A stretch of 64,000 nucleotides of DNA from Podarcis liolepis (Eukaryota), in NCBI GenBank assembly GCA_965112155.1, contig OZ218101.1; one strand, written 5' to 3'. Within the stretch, counting starts at the first letter, position 1. Every line of letters starts with the position of its first letter. The notes below the pieces were generated by a model, which was not told the origin of the DNA, searched no databases, and saw only the letters and a list, made by a program, of their open reading frames with translations. Made by a program: the position numbers and the translations under genes. Shown here piece after piece: positions 1 through 33,500 of this stretch.

Positions 1-675
1 GTTTGTTGGTTTGTTAGTTACTTAGTTAGCTAGTTTTCAAAAAAAATCATGCTACATAAATTAATTTGCTTACTAATGCTAGGGTGTCTAGATTATCAAC
101 AACTGTTTTGTGAATAATTAGTGTTAATTATGTAATTATGACCATCCTGTTACTTTTTGCATTTCACTTCTCTTTGGCCTCACTGTTAGTGTTTACAATC
201 TCTACCCCCCCACCCCCACCCCAGAGTTTGTGCTTCTGGGATATCACTTAATGAATTTGATGAAGTCAATTGTAGTCTACAGAAGCTTATACACAATGAA
301 TTTGTTTGTCTTTAAGATGCCACAGGGCTCTGTATTGTAGAGAGGAATCTCATAGCAAACGTGAAGATCTGAAGTGATTTGACAGGATGGCAATTCTCTG
401 TGGCTGCCATGCAACTGAGTTCCATAGAGATTTGCCAGAGTCTAGGCTTCAATTTCTGGCTTGTGAGCTTGATGGGCCCGGTCACATTCATTAATGCTCA
501 GCTATTTTAGAAAAATAATAATTTACTACTTCCTTTTTCAAAGACAGCATGCCAGAAATTGTAACAAATACATTAATAAGCACATATCTGACACTTCAAA
601 CCCCCCTCATTAGAGTTGAAGAACTGAACTTGTTTGTCCATATGCTTCCACCAATTTCCTCTCTTTCTGTAGGTG

Positions 676-21921
<21,246 letters not shown>

Positions 21922-22317
21922 CAGAAGACCTTTAAGTATAAGGGTCTGGTTTTGTTTTCGAGTATGGCTTTCTATTTTAGAATTAGCATTGTATTTAGTA
22001 TAGTATTATACTAGTATCTAGTATTTCTATTTTAATTTGCCTGGCTGTTCTTGGTCTGCTATGTTCATGGCTATGCTCACCCTAAATGCCACCAAGGGAA
22101 ATAATTTGGGATCAGGATGATTGGACAAGATCACATACAGTTAAAATAAGTAGCTATTCTGTGATAGCATGTTTTTTAAAAAAAGATTCTTGGGAGGAAG
22201 CAGTAGACTAAATGGATTCTCCTGTGACGTTGCCTTGTTGCCTTGATTTTTATCTGATATTTTGTTGTTTGCATTAACATTGACTGATAAATGCATTTCA
22301 AAATCTGCTGGCAGAGC

Positions 22318-22323
22318 AATAAA
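22318..22323 (+). terminator. Candidate polyadenylation signal of the CBS-like gene
   Basis: First AATAAA I found after the stop codon; use not demonstrated. Confidence 0.3.
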
Positions 22324-24560
22324 GAAATACTACAGATGCAAAGGCTGCCTGACTTGATTGTAGAACTGACAATAATACTCTTTTCCTGTACAAGGGAAGT
22401 GTGAACTCGGACTGTACGGATGGATGGATGTTCATAAGCCCCCTTTCCCCCAGAGAAAGCCTTCCTGCTGTTATGGTTGACTGCTGGAGGTGTATGCTGC
22501 TACAACTCACTGCTGCATCAACCTCTTAGAACATTCTTGACCATGAAAGGTTCCTGGGCATAGGAGACCATGTGCATACCAATGGTTACTACCTCTAAGA
22601 ATCTGACAGTCATAGAACTGCCATAGCAGGGTGAGGCTGAAGGAGATCTGATTCTGGTACAGATAAACACAGCTACATGTTGATGACTTCTGTAGCCTAC
22701 CTCTGAATTTGGGGAAATACACATAGTCACGATAGGTGAGTCCCAAGGGCCAGATACAGATACTTGGATGACCACATTTGCCCCCCTGGTCTGAGGTTCC
22801 TCATACCTGCCTTAAAAGAACTACCTATGAAGCACAATAGCGACTAGATTACTTCAATCTAGAGCCCAAAATTAGTTGCAATTAAGTCCCATTGAGAATA
22901 ATTTCTATCTGACTTCACATCAAATGGAAATTTGAAAGCAGCTTTATAATTACATTTAACAGACCTTTCTTTCAACCCAAGGTGTTATATTTGGTTCATA
23001 ATGGTAACTCTCCCCCCCCCCCAATATAGCAGAAAACAGAACAGATGATTTTAATTCTGCAGAAGTTCATAAAGCAGAGCAGTAAACAGTAGACTTGCAC
23101 TCTTAAGTGCATAGCATCAGAACTACTTAGCTATATAAGTAGCTTTCTGTCTTTGAGTAGATTGGAGAAACGGGGGCCGTGATCTACTTCCCATTGCTCA
23201 GTCCACCTTTTTGTGAAGTTGAGGAACTTCCTTTAGCAGAAAGAAGGCTGAATTCAACAGCTATACTGGCCATTGATTGTGTACCTTTTCACCTGCGATT
23301 TGTCTGTACCTTTTTCCTTTTTTGGTATGTAGTTTCTCCTAACCAAGCACTTACCTTGTGAACAAAGATGGAGGTTTAAGATGCTCTGAACAACCTGCTG
23401 TGCAAGTGTAAGCCAGCATTAGATCCCACTGCAAGGAGAAAAGGTTCACCCACGAAACATTCAACCACATGTGAGGTTTATAACTGGATTCCACTGTAGA
23501 TTGGTTGGGGATGGGGAATGACTGGTCCATACAAGTAAGGAGGCCAGTTGTCAACACTATATGCACATACCTATATGATGCTGACTCAGGAACCTATCGC
23601 AGAGTAGATACGGGTACACTCTCCCCTCCATCTCTCAGTATGGGCAGAAATGCTTATCTGCATCTTGTATGCCACCACATGGGTTTTACTCCATGTGAAA
23701 GTAGTTGTATAAAACATCCATTTGCACGCATGCATCTCTGGACTGAACCCACCAATGGACTGTTCCAATGTAAACATTTCCCATGCATGAAAATTCAGAT
23801 ATTTTAAAATGAAGGTCACTTAATGCTGCTCATGTGGATGCTGTTTACAGCAAAATAGCACTACATAATTTTGCCTGGCTAGACAATCAAGACTTCTCGG
23901 AATTAGAAGTTGGCATGCTTATGAATGTGATTCAGAGACGTGGCAGGAATTTATGCAATCATTTTAATGGGAGCTTTAACTACGTCTCTAAGTACGCACG
24001 TGAAAATCAGTGACACCGCTGACAGAGTGCTCCTTACAATGGTAGCAACACCGCAATAGCCAGGTTAATTAGAAAAGCCTTTTGTATTGCTGGCTGTACG
24101 CAAACTAAAGATAATTACACGTGTTCATTCATTGTGCAATATGTGAACAGATATTCCCTTTTGTGTTTAAAAAAATGCTGGCTCTTATTTTCACTGGATA
24201 TCCTGTTAATTTTTTATTCCAATGTATTAACAGTTCAGTACTCACCAACACATTCCTCTCACAGAGCTACAAGTCCCAGAGTTCTCTGGGAATAGAGATT
24301 GACTGTTAAACCACTTTGAGAATTGCAGCTCTATGAGGGTAATAGTGGTCTTTGAAGAACTCTCAGCACCCTTAACAAACTTCTATTCCCAAGATTCTTT
24401 GGGGAAAGCCATGACTGTTTAAAGTGGGACTGTACAGCTTATATGTATCATGTAGACTTGGCTAGGCTCAGAGAGTTTCTTCATAGGCTAAACCAGACAG
24501 TATAAGAGGAATCACATAAGGAAAATGGGATGAAAGTATAGATGGTGGTTTTGTCATGTA

Positions 24561-24811
24561 CAGGGGTCAGCAAACTTTTTCAGCAGGGGGCCGGTCCACT
24601 GTCCCTCAGACCTTCTTGGGAGGCTGAACTATATATTTTTTTTTTGGGGGGGGAGAACCAATTCCTATGCCCCACAAATAACCCTGAGATGTATTTTAAA
24701 TAAAAGGACACATTGTACTCATGTAAAAACACGCTGATTCCCGGACTGTCCGCGGGCCGGATTTAGAAGGCGATTGGGCCGGATCTGGCCCCCGGACCTT
24801 AGTTTGCCTTA
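24561..24811. mobile_element. hAT-type MITE (right TIR damaged)
   Basis: Starts CAGGGGTCAGCAAAC; TSD GTCATGTA on both sides; homologous to 60217-60461. Confidence 0.8.
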
Positions 24812-25273
24812 GTCATGTAGTTTGGCCGGATCAAAATCACCATGATTATTATCAGAATTGCTGCACGCTTCCTCAATGTCTGCTATTTGCAGAGGGATCA
24901 GTTGGAGCTTCCCTCCATTTTGAATAGAAGGCATTGGGGAGTGATTACAACTGGGAGCATGGTGGGGCCAAAAGTTTAGAGGCTCCTTCCTTCATGCCAC
25001 CGTCCAGGACAGCCTCACCTGCTCCACTGTGCAGGGCCAATTAGAAGACAAACGCCACGTCTTGCTTGACCCAAGGTCATGAGACAAGCTCATTTCTCCC
25101 TCATCCAGGCAATCTTTTGTTATTCAACTCAGTCACAGGAAAGGGGCAAATGTTAACTAGATAACTGGAGGGAAGGGCATGGCGTGAGGTCTGCAGTTAA
25201 AATAGGAACATGCTTAGCAGGTAGAAGCAGATTTTAAGCAGGTTAGCCTTCCTTTTTCCTGTGAGGTAAAAAA

Positions 25274-25326
25274 TGCTGCCTTGTCGTCTGGCAATTATTG
25301 CTGCCTTGTCGTCTGGCAATTATTGC
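25274..25326. repeat. Perfect 25-bp tandem duplication
   Basis: TGCTGCCTTGTCGTCTGGCAATTAT x2. Confidence 0.9.
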
Positions 25327-25593
25327 CCATTCTAAACTGTGGACTGACGTGTAATTCCACGTGTACAAAATGTTAAAATGTTGTTGTGGAATGGCAGGCT
25401 ATTCTGAAGAAGATAAATGCCAGTGCATTTGTAATGTGCCAACCTGCATCTTGCCTCATCCCTTGCTGCTCAGTAAGCAACAGTGACCCAGCTGCCAGGA
25501 ACCAACCATAGTAGCTCCATGCCGCCCATTGAGCCACTTCCATCCCCCTCCCCCGATAAAATGAGGATAGTAAAACCAACTTCTTAATCAAGG

Positions 25594-25619
25594 CCTTATA
25601 TGGGTAAACCCTTATATGG
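25594..25619. promoter_or_regulatory. Tandem pair of perfect CArG boxes (SRF sites)
   Basis: CCTTATATGG at 25594-25603 and 25610-25619, both CC(A/T)6GG. Confidence 0.5.
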
Positions 25620-25966
25620 GTAAAAAGATGGAGACAAGATAAAGCAAATTTGGACCTGCTTGGCAAGGGTTTAAGGAACTATGGAATAGTAAACAAGGGA
25701 CAATTAAGGTACGGTAACTATAGTTCTGTATAGTTACAGGATGTACTTACCTTACATTTAAGACACTTTCTTATATAGATAAATAGAGAGGATCCCAGCT
25801 GTTAGAATGCAAATTGTATATTCTTTCTGCTTACATAATATAGAATATAAAAACTCTTTTGACAATAAATAATACTATAATAAAAGACCCACTGGTAATA
25901 AATTAGAAAGGGCTCTTAGCTCCTCCCAGCTGTTCAGGTTTATGGGTTTTCCCTCTGCTGTGACAT

Positions 25967-25974
25967 TATAAATA
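25967..25974 (+). promoter_or_regulatory. TATA box of the fibulin-2-Na-like gene (overlaps MEF2-type TTATAAATAG)
   Basis: TATAAATA about 90 nt upstream of a CAG|GTAAAC donor at 26063. Confidence 0.6.
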
Positions 25975-25996
25975 GCATACCTTCCAGCTGAACAGC

Positions 25997-26062
25997 TACT
26001 GAGGAAATATCACTACCTGGGGACCAAACTACTTGCAACACCCACACCTGAAGCCTATCCAG
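25997..26062 (+). other. Predicted non-coding exon 1 of the fibulin-2-Na-like gene (start approximate)
   Basis: ATG-free stretch between TATA+~30 and donor CAG|GTAAAC; matching acceptor at 26704. Confidence 0.55.
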
Positions 26063-26708
26063 GTAAACTAAAGTTATTTCCCCTTTTCATAGATCAGCTA
26101 AGCATTTGACCCAATGCATTCCCCTTTATTATCATGGAATAAAGTTAGAAATGCTGACTGCATCTGAAGGACAGTTTGCTGTTTTTAAGAAATAGAAAGA
26201 GCTGCACAAGATCCTTCCTTCCTTCTGCAGTAATAGGTTTTTGACAGAATGTTACCAATTTTTAGCACTCCTCAAATTTTATGAAGCTAAGGCTTGGAAA
26301 TTTAATACATTTTATAACCACACACACACACACACACATGCATACACACAACAGCAGGAACGAGGCCCAAAGGGGTTGTAAGTGGCACTTCCTTGAACAA
26401 GTGGTCCGAGTATCATCGGAGGCTGGAGAAGGCAACTATCAGGAGCAGCATGTTGCTTTGAAGGCAATCCATTGGGAAGTGTACCCTGAGCTCCGGTGTG
26501 GCTGATTCTGTGAGCCAATCCGCAATGTGCTATGTAATCAGGGTTTGTGCCCCTGGTGTGAGAAAATGCTATGTAAATTGGTGTTCTACTGAGAGAGGGC
26601 ATTAGCTCTGTATTTAAAAAGGCAAAGTTGGGCGAGATAATAGAAAGCAATGAATGAGCAAAAATTGCTATGCTGCTAAAAGGACCTCTTTGCATTTGAT
26701 CCAGAGTA

Positions 26709-27218
26709 ATGAAGCCTAAGCACTTCCTCTGCCTGCTGCTGAGCTGCTGCTTCCTACAAAATGGTGACTGCAAGCATCACAGGCCAGACTGTACTGCTGT
26801 TCTCTGCCTAGCTTGTCCTGACAATCACAAAGCCGTGACCCGTAAGGACCAGTGCTGTCCGCGCTGCATCCCTCAGTGCAGGTGCCCTGCGTTTCTGAAG
26901 GAAGCTTGTATCCAGGAAGGCTATGAAGATGGCATCCTTCTCCTGGGACAGTCTGTGATTATTGACTTTGGGACCCGAAAGTGTACCTGTGGAGAAGATC
27001 ATAACATTGTCTGCGCTTCCACTTGCCCTAAAATTTCTCCAGCTTGCAAGTATATAGGAAGACCCCAGGACGGCTGTGGAATGTGCGCTTGTCCCACTGA
27101 TGATGAAAATTTTGTACCTGCTGGTGAAGTCATTGAAAGAGAATGTAAAATTTGTAAGTGTCCCCCAAATGGGGGGCAGCTTCAATGCACCTTAACCTCT
27201 AAATGCTCGCTAGGGTAA
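26709..27218 (+). CDS. Secreted 169-aa Cys-rich protein; stand-alone homolog of the fibulin-2 N-terminal Na subdomain
   Basis: Signal-peptide-like N-terminus MKPKHFLCLLLSCCFLQNGDC; 22 Cys in the mature part with fibulin-2 Na spacing; RPDCTAVLC, GQSVIIDFGTRKCTC and CKICKCPPNGGQLQC match FBLN2 RQDCTGVEC, GQSYFVDFGSTECSC and CRACHCPDAGGELIC; acceptor CCAG 26701-26704 just before the ATG. Confidence 0.88.
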   Translation: MKPKHFLCLLLSCCFLQNGDCKHHRPDCTAVLCLACPDNHKAVTRKDQCCPRCIPQCRCPAFLKEACIQEGYEDGILLLGQSVIIDFGTRKCTCGEDHNIVCASTCPKISPACKYIGRPQDGCGMCACPTDDENFVPAGEVIERECKICKCPPNGGQLQCTLTSKCSLG

Positions 27219-27251
27219 AAAGTGCCCTGTATCATGGGAGCTGGGTGGTGG

Positions 27252-27325
27252 TAGAATCATAGAATCATAGAGTTGGAAGAGACCACAAGGGCCATCGAGT
27301 CCAACCCCCTGCCAAGCAGGAAACA
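27252..27325 (-). mobile_element. Short CR1 3'-end fragment in the predicted 3'UTR of the Cys-rich gene
   Basis: TAGAATCATAGAATCATAGAGTTGGAAGAGACC...TCCAACCCCCTGC, same tail as 54690. Confidence 0.75.
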
Positions 27326-27524
27326 CATAGCATACATAGTTCCATAGCATTACTAAATAAGCATCCTGGTGTTTTAGGGAATGCAGTAGTAGAATTTTAG
27401 CTTTGAGAGGGACCTTGAGGGTCATCTAGTTCAGTGCCAGAATCTTAAATCTACATCAGCTCTCATGAATGTCAATGAACTTTTCCTAAGAATTAAAGAG
27501 TTACATAATCTATGGTATTATTTT

Positions 27525-27542
27525 AATAAAAATAATAATAAA
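27525..27542 (+). terminator. Candidate polyadenylation signals of the fibulin-2-Na-like gene
   Basis: AATAAA at 27525 and 27537; ATTAAA at 27492. Confidence 0.4.
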
Positions 27543-30500
27543 GATTGGAGTTGAAATATGTTTGGATCCTTACTTAAATCATTATTTGGTTGAGGCAAAT
27601 ATGGGAAATGCTTGGAATTTGGAAAAATAACTGTGATAATAATGGTTAATAACATATTATATGCATAAATGAGGAAACCTTGGCATACCCAAATGGGATG
27701 CAATTGCTAAGTGGCACCATTAATTGGCTTTCTGTAAAAGCAAAAATGGTAAGGTTTTATGGTTTGGGATATTTTGATTATTACTTTTTTGCAATCGTTG
27801 TTATGCCCCAACCCAGTGAGGGGAGTCATAACTAGTATGTATTCTCACTCTTCACATTATCTACAAAAGTACAGTGTATAAATTGCTTCGGTATAATGAA
27901 TAAAGGGAAGTTCTTCTCCCTCTGTCAAAAATACTAGAACTTGGCATCAAATGAAATTTCATTGTCTGGGAATTCTGAAGCAGCAAAAATATGTCTCCAC
28001 ACAACACAGAATTCATTTATGCAATTCATTCCTAAACGTTGTAGTGATTATCATTAGCTTAAAGGGCATTAGAAGCGGATTAAACAAATTCATGGAAGAC
28101 TTATCTATCAACAACTGTTTTGAATAATGCTAAATGGGGTCCTTACGTTAGGGATGGGGCACCTGTGGCCCCCCAGGTGCTACAGAAGTCCATCTCCTAG
28201 TGGCCAGGATACTCAAGAGTTCGTTGCATTTCACATATGCTAAAGTGAACAGCGAAGCAATCAGCACTATAGTGGCACCTAGAGACAGTAAGCAAGTATG
28301 AAATCACTGACAAAGGGGGACAGCACATCACCATCCATGCATTCCATACAATGAGATAACACAAGGAAGAGAAATACCAAATGCTTGTGGGCAAGATATC
28401 CATGTACAGAACTGCAAAAAAGCAGCTGCACATATTGAATGCATGCACTCATCTTAAAGCTGCTACTTATGCATCCTGCTTCTGAGTTAACAAAATGGGA
28501 TCATAGCAACACGAAAGGCTACAATCCCCCCCCCCTTTTGGTTTCCAATATGGGCTGCTCTTGGCTAACTGGATTGTTTTTATTACAATACAAGGGGGAC
28601 TATGACACCCTGCTCTTATATACTCTTATGCTCTTCTATATACTGCATTTATATACTCCTCTCCCCGACAATCCCTCCACAAGACACTTGCTTGCTGAAT
28701 CAAGAAATCATCCCAGCGTCTCCCTTCTGTTCTGAAGTCTGGTCTGCACATGTTTTCAACATCACCCCCAAGTCCATGCCTTCTTCTCCCCTTTCCTTTT
28801 CCGCAACCTCCACCTTGTTCACAGACCAACTCCAGGGTCATCTCCCGCATCTCCATCCTCCCACACATTGCAACTACTAAGCACCCTTTTCCCATTCCAC
28901 CCAATTATGAAGCCACCCCTGCTCCCTCATCTTCACCCCATGCCCATGCCTCCTGCCCGCTTTTAGCAACCCTCCTTTGCACTCCCCCATTTTCACCTTC
29001 ACCCTTTCCCCTCCCTCTCTCCAACTACCCCTTCCACACAGAGCACCCCCATTTCCATATCAACCTCCTATCCTGCAGCTCCCTTTGCGCAGACACACAA
29101 TTTCCACCCCCCCTTACCAACTCTTCTTTGCATAGAAACAACCCCCGTTTCCATGCCTCTTCCCTCCTATATCACACTTCTGCAAATATATGTTACTGTA
29201 TGTTTAAGATGAATAGAGCAAGGCTGTTCGTTTGTTCAGCTGCAGAAGGTTAAGTGATGGATGTTGCACCTGTATGGGTGTTTGCTTGATAATAGAATGC
29301 CTGTCCTAGATTACTGCATTGAATTTGGAACTTTGGGCTTATCCACACTTCCTCTTGCCCTGGAGAAAACCGCTCTTTAGTGCTCAATCAGTGCAAACAG
29401 CAATTTGGGTTTTCCCTGGGTTGCTATTTGTTCTGCTCTATTGCTAAGGAGTGGGTTTTCCCTTGGGAAGAAGCAGGGCAAGGGGAAAACTGCTTGGGCC
29501 TGTGCTTTCTAGGCACAGCAGAAGTGTGGATGAGCCTTTTGTGTAGTAGACAACACATGGTACCAGAAATGAAATGAAATTTGAGGACTCTCACTATGAG
29601 GCAGCTGAGTGGAAGAAGGGAAGGACTGAGTAAAACAGGGATGCAACAGCGCTGAAGGGGAAAGGGGTTTTCAGACAATGGCAAATGTCTGAGGAGAGCA
29701 AGCTGAGTGAGATTCTGAGAGGAAAGAAACGGTGGTCTAAAACAAGGTTTGAGTATAGCAAGAAGCAAGTTGAGAATGACTTTGCTGTGCTGGCTTTCTG
29801 ACGTTGGCTTCTGTATCAGAACCATCTCTATTATTCCGCCTTGGTAATTTTTTTTTAAAACAGCCAACCAACCAACCAACCAACCGACAAATGCCTCAGT
29901 GTTTCTCCCTTCCCAGTCTATTCAGATATTTCCTGTTGTCTCCTGTTGCCTCTCAGTGTTAGTCCCTTCATGCTCCCATGCCACAACCACGGCTGTTGTG
30001 TAACCTGCCTTCTCTTTTATGCCCCTGCCCTGCCTTCATGAAAATCCAGGATGCTACAGATCCCCCAGTTGGGTCAGCACGGTGATGGAGTAGTGCAAAT
30101 ATAGTATTACAATATTAAACAAGCTATCTATGACAAAGAAATAAAATTTTAAAAGCAAGAGCATTTGATTCTCAGTGCTGCATCTGCACAAACGTTCAGT
30201 AAGCAGTGACACTCAAGTATCTTAGTAACAGGCCCCATAAGAGTATTTTGTTCCAATATTTTATCCACATAGCTACTACCATTTCTCTTGGGAGTCAGTA
30301 TTCTACAAATATTGTGCCTGAAATAATACACAATTACCAGGTGGTGTCATTAAACTCACTGGGGCTTAACTTCTGAGTTAAGCATAAGATTGCCCTATTA
30401 TGATCCTAACTGGAAATTTTAAAAAACTAGCTTGGGATGGGACCTTCTAAATGGTCTTTTTAAAGGACTTAAAAGTTTGATATCCCTTTCACTTTTATTT

Positions 30501-33500
30501 CAGAACAACAAAGAGAGAAAATATTTTGAACTAATTCATTGCATAGCTTTTCGTTAAGCTTGTCTACAGTTAAAAACACAACATTCCCAGATCAGTAAGA
30601 ATGTTGCATTTTTGCTCCTATAATCTAAATAATGACTTGTGTAAAGAAACATGCAAAATATTTTCCAACTTAAAGACCTGGGGAAGGATTTCTAAACAAA
30701 ACTGATGTACAAAAGAAAAACAAAATTGATATCTGCATTATAGAGTATTGAAATAGGAACACAGTAATGTGACAATTGACCTTAATTAAAGCAATGTGAA
30801 ACTTTACTTTTAAAACACAAAGTGAAGAAATCATGCTTTGAGTTCAGAGGTTTCATGTAAAACACATTGATGAATCATAATTATTTTGCCATGCTGGTTC
30901 AAATATTTCATTAAATGACAAAACAAACTGAACAACTAGGTTTATCAGAGTTTAGATTTTAAAGATTGTCAGTTATGAAGATAAAATATTTTCTGATACA
31001 ACTGAAGACATGTTTTTTCTCTCTGCCAAAATACATAGACTCTAACAAATGGGAAGTACCCAAAACATAAGGATTAGATACTATAACTTTTTTTAGAAAT
31101 GGGGATCCAATGACTTATTTTGCAGAGAAAACACATAATCATTCATCCTACGTAGGTTATGGACCTCAAAGTCTAGCGTGCTTTCCTTTGTATTTCCTGC
31201 ATCAACAAACCAATATTTAAATATGCTATAAAGTCTACTTTGTATAATGCTGTTATCACAGGCAGACAAGCACTTGTAAAAGCAGTTGTCATTGACCTAT
31301 ATAATAGTCACAATCCAAAGAAGTGGGCATATGAATGAGTTGGAACCACACACACAGTCAAAAGCCTTTTCTAGTTGTCACTGAAGCAAAAGTCTCCTCA
31401 AAATGTTAAACAAGTTTAAGAAAATGTAATTTGGGTTTGGTAAACACAATCTACTTCCACTTGTAATGGCATTCCAATCATCAGTAACATCCAATATGTT
31501 TCAAAGAGAAAGTAAAGCACCTTAAGTATTGAGAAATGGATGCTTAGCACATTTCTACCAAATGTGATACATGTAATTGAACACACCATGATTGGCTGAT
31601 GCAGCCTGAATCTCATCATGAATCCTGGATTAGTGGTCCACTTCTGGGTTCCTTTGTAGAGATACTACCTCATTAAAGTGATACTAACTTTCCTACAGTT
31701 GAACTGGAAATCCCAAAACATCTTTTGTACCTTTCTCTTGTACTACAAGAATTTTTAAAACATGTCCTTTGACCATACATGGCCGGGCTACAGTGCTATC
31801 CCAAAAACACAGCTCAAGTCTTCTGCCCTGTTTTTTGCACATTAATGGCATAGCAAGCATACAGCTAGTTCTGGACACCTACTGCAGTGTTTATTTTTCT
31901 TAACCGTGCGTGGCATTCAACTGAGCTTTACTCAGAGGAGACCTGTTGAAGGTAAGGACATGATGACTAAGGTAGGTCCATTCATTTCATAAAGTTCTAC
32001 TTTGAGTAAAACTAGAATACCATTCTGTTTTGGTGGATCAGTTTACCATCTCAGGAGAAGGATGCCAATACATACACCAGTCATAAATAATAGCACCATT
32101 ATAAGACACATCAAAATAAACTACACTCATTCATCTAATGCGATGATTGAAAATGATTACTTAGCTCGCACATATTTGGATATCAAGTTTTGAAGAGTTT
32201 AAATTCTTCTTAAGTCCAGCAATGCTTTTCCAAACATTTCTGTGGATAAGAGAAAGTTTCAAGGTATCTGGGCAGAGCTGCAATTTCTAGCTCAGTGCTG
32301 TTATAACTGTTCCAACCAACTGCAATGAAACTAAACAAAAACACAACTCAGCAAAGAAAGGCAGAGCATTTGCCACCTCCCAGTTTCAGGTATATCAAGA
32401 ATTTGCTTGTGCTGAAGGGTAGAAGACCCATGCCCAGAACTCAGCAGAAAGTTGGAGTCCAAACCCAGAACCATCAAACTGATATCCATCCCAAAGATAC
32501 TGATGATTTGCTTAATGTGGGATTGTTTTGTCTTCACAGAAGTCACAGCATATTAGTTACAGGCTGGCATGCTCCAATTTTGACATTTCTAGATCTGTTA
32601 ACCATGGCTGTGAGAACAGACATGTGCAAATGAATTTAACATTAAAATATATACTTCAGAGGCTATGAAATAAATGAAGAATGGTTTGGTTTCCTTTTGT
32701 TAAATAAGCCTGCATACAGGGGAGGCCTCTCTTTGAAATTCAACAGCATTTGGCTGATTTGTATTTTAAAAGGGCATACAGTGGCCAATATAAGCTCATG
32801 TCATGTGGAAAATACTTTGCACAGTAAACTGTTTGCATGCAGGTAGTCCATCACAGTGGTTTAAATCCCTACAGCCCAAACTGGGGGGGGGGGGCCCAAA
32901 AGGGTGAGAGCAGGTCCAAGTGTGAGCTGCAACTGCCCTCTGTCTTTTACTTAAAATGGCCACAATCTACCACCTGCAAATATGTCTTGGGTACTCGATT
33001 CGACATGCCTTTGCCCCAAATCCCCTTTACACTTTCAGAAAGCCTGCTTTTGCTCTGAATTACATCACAAGCATTTCGAGTCTAGGCGTTTTACAAATGA
33101 AAAGAAAATGTTGCTTTGGGTCTATCTCTTGCTAACACTTTCTAATATCAGAGAGTGTGGAAATATGCAGCTAAAACAGGGAAATGTTTTTGTATAAGAA
33201 AAAAGGGGGGGTTGTATGAAGTGCTACTGAAAAAAGTCAAGAAAGGGTGCTATCCTAGGTAACTATTTTAAAGCCAATAAAACACAATGAACAGACTACC
33301 ATTGAGCTATGGTACGTTCAGATGCACAAATGTTTGTTGCATTTCATTAGCTCTTTCAGTGGTGGTGTTTAAATGTTGTGGTTTTAATGAGGCCTGGTAT
33401 TATTCCTATATAAACTTGCTACATTATACTAATGTTTCCCCAAACAAACCCCTTGTAAACATTTTTCCACATCTTAACACTGTTCAGAAAATTTCAAAAA

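Noticed and set aside
26808-27185. 125-aa minus-strand ORF (and the adjacent 26312-26773 ORF)
   Set aside because: Antisense shadow of the Cys-rich gene and its intron; no recognisable protein features
26709-27218. Calling the Cys-rich ORF FBLN2 itself, a chordin/kielin/VWC2 gene, a metallothionein or a keratin-associated protein
   Set aside because: No Nb, anaphylatoxin or EGF exons follow and it is far too diverged and non-syntenic for FBLN2; the DFG-containing 22-Cys pattern fits fibulin-2 Na better than canonical VWC repeats; a signal peptide excludes the intracellular Cys-rich families
28750-29253. 167-aa Pro/Ser-rich ORF as a downstream exon of the Cys-rich gene
   Set aside because: Arises from a C/T-skewed repeat relic that recurs at ~53.2-53.7 kb
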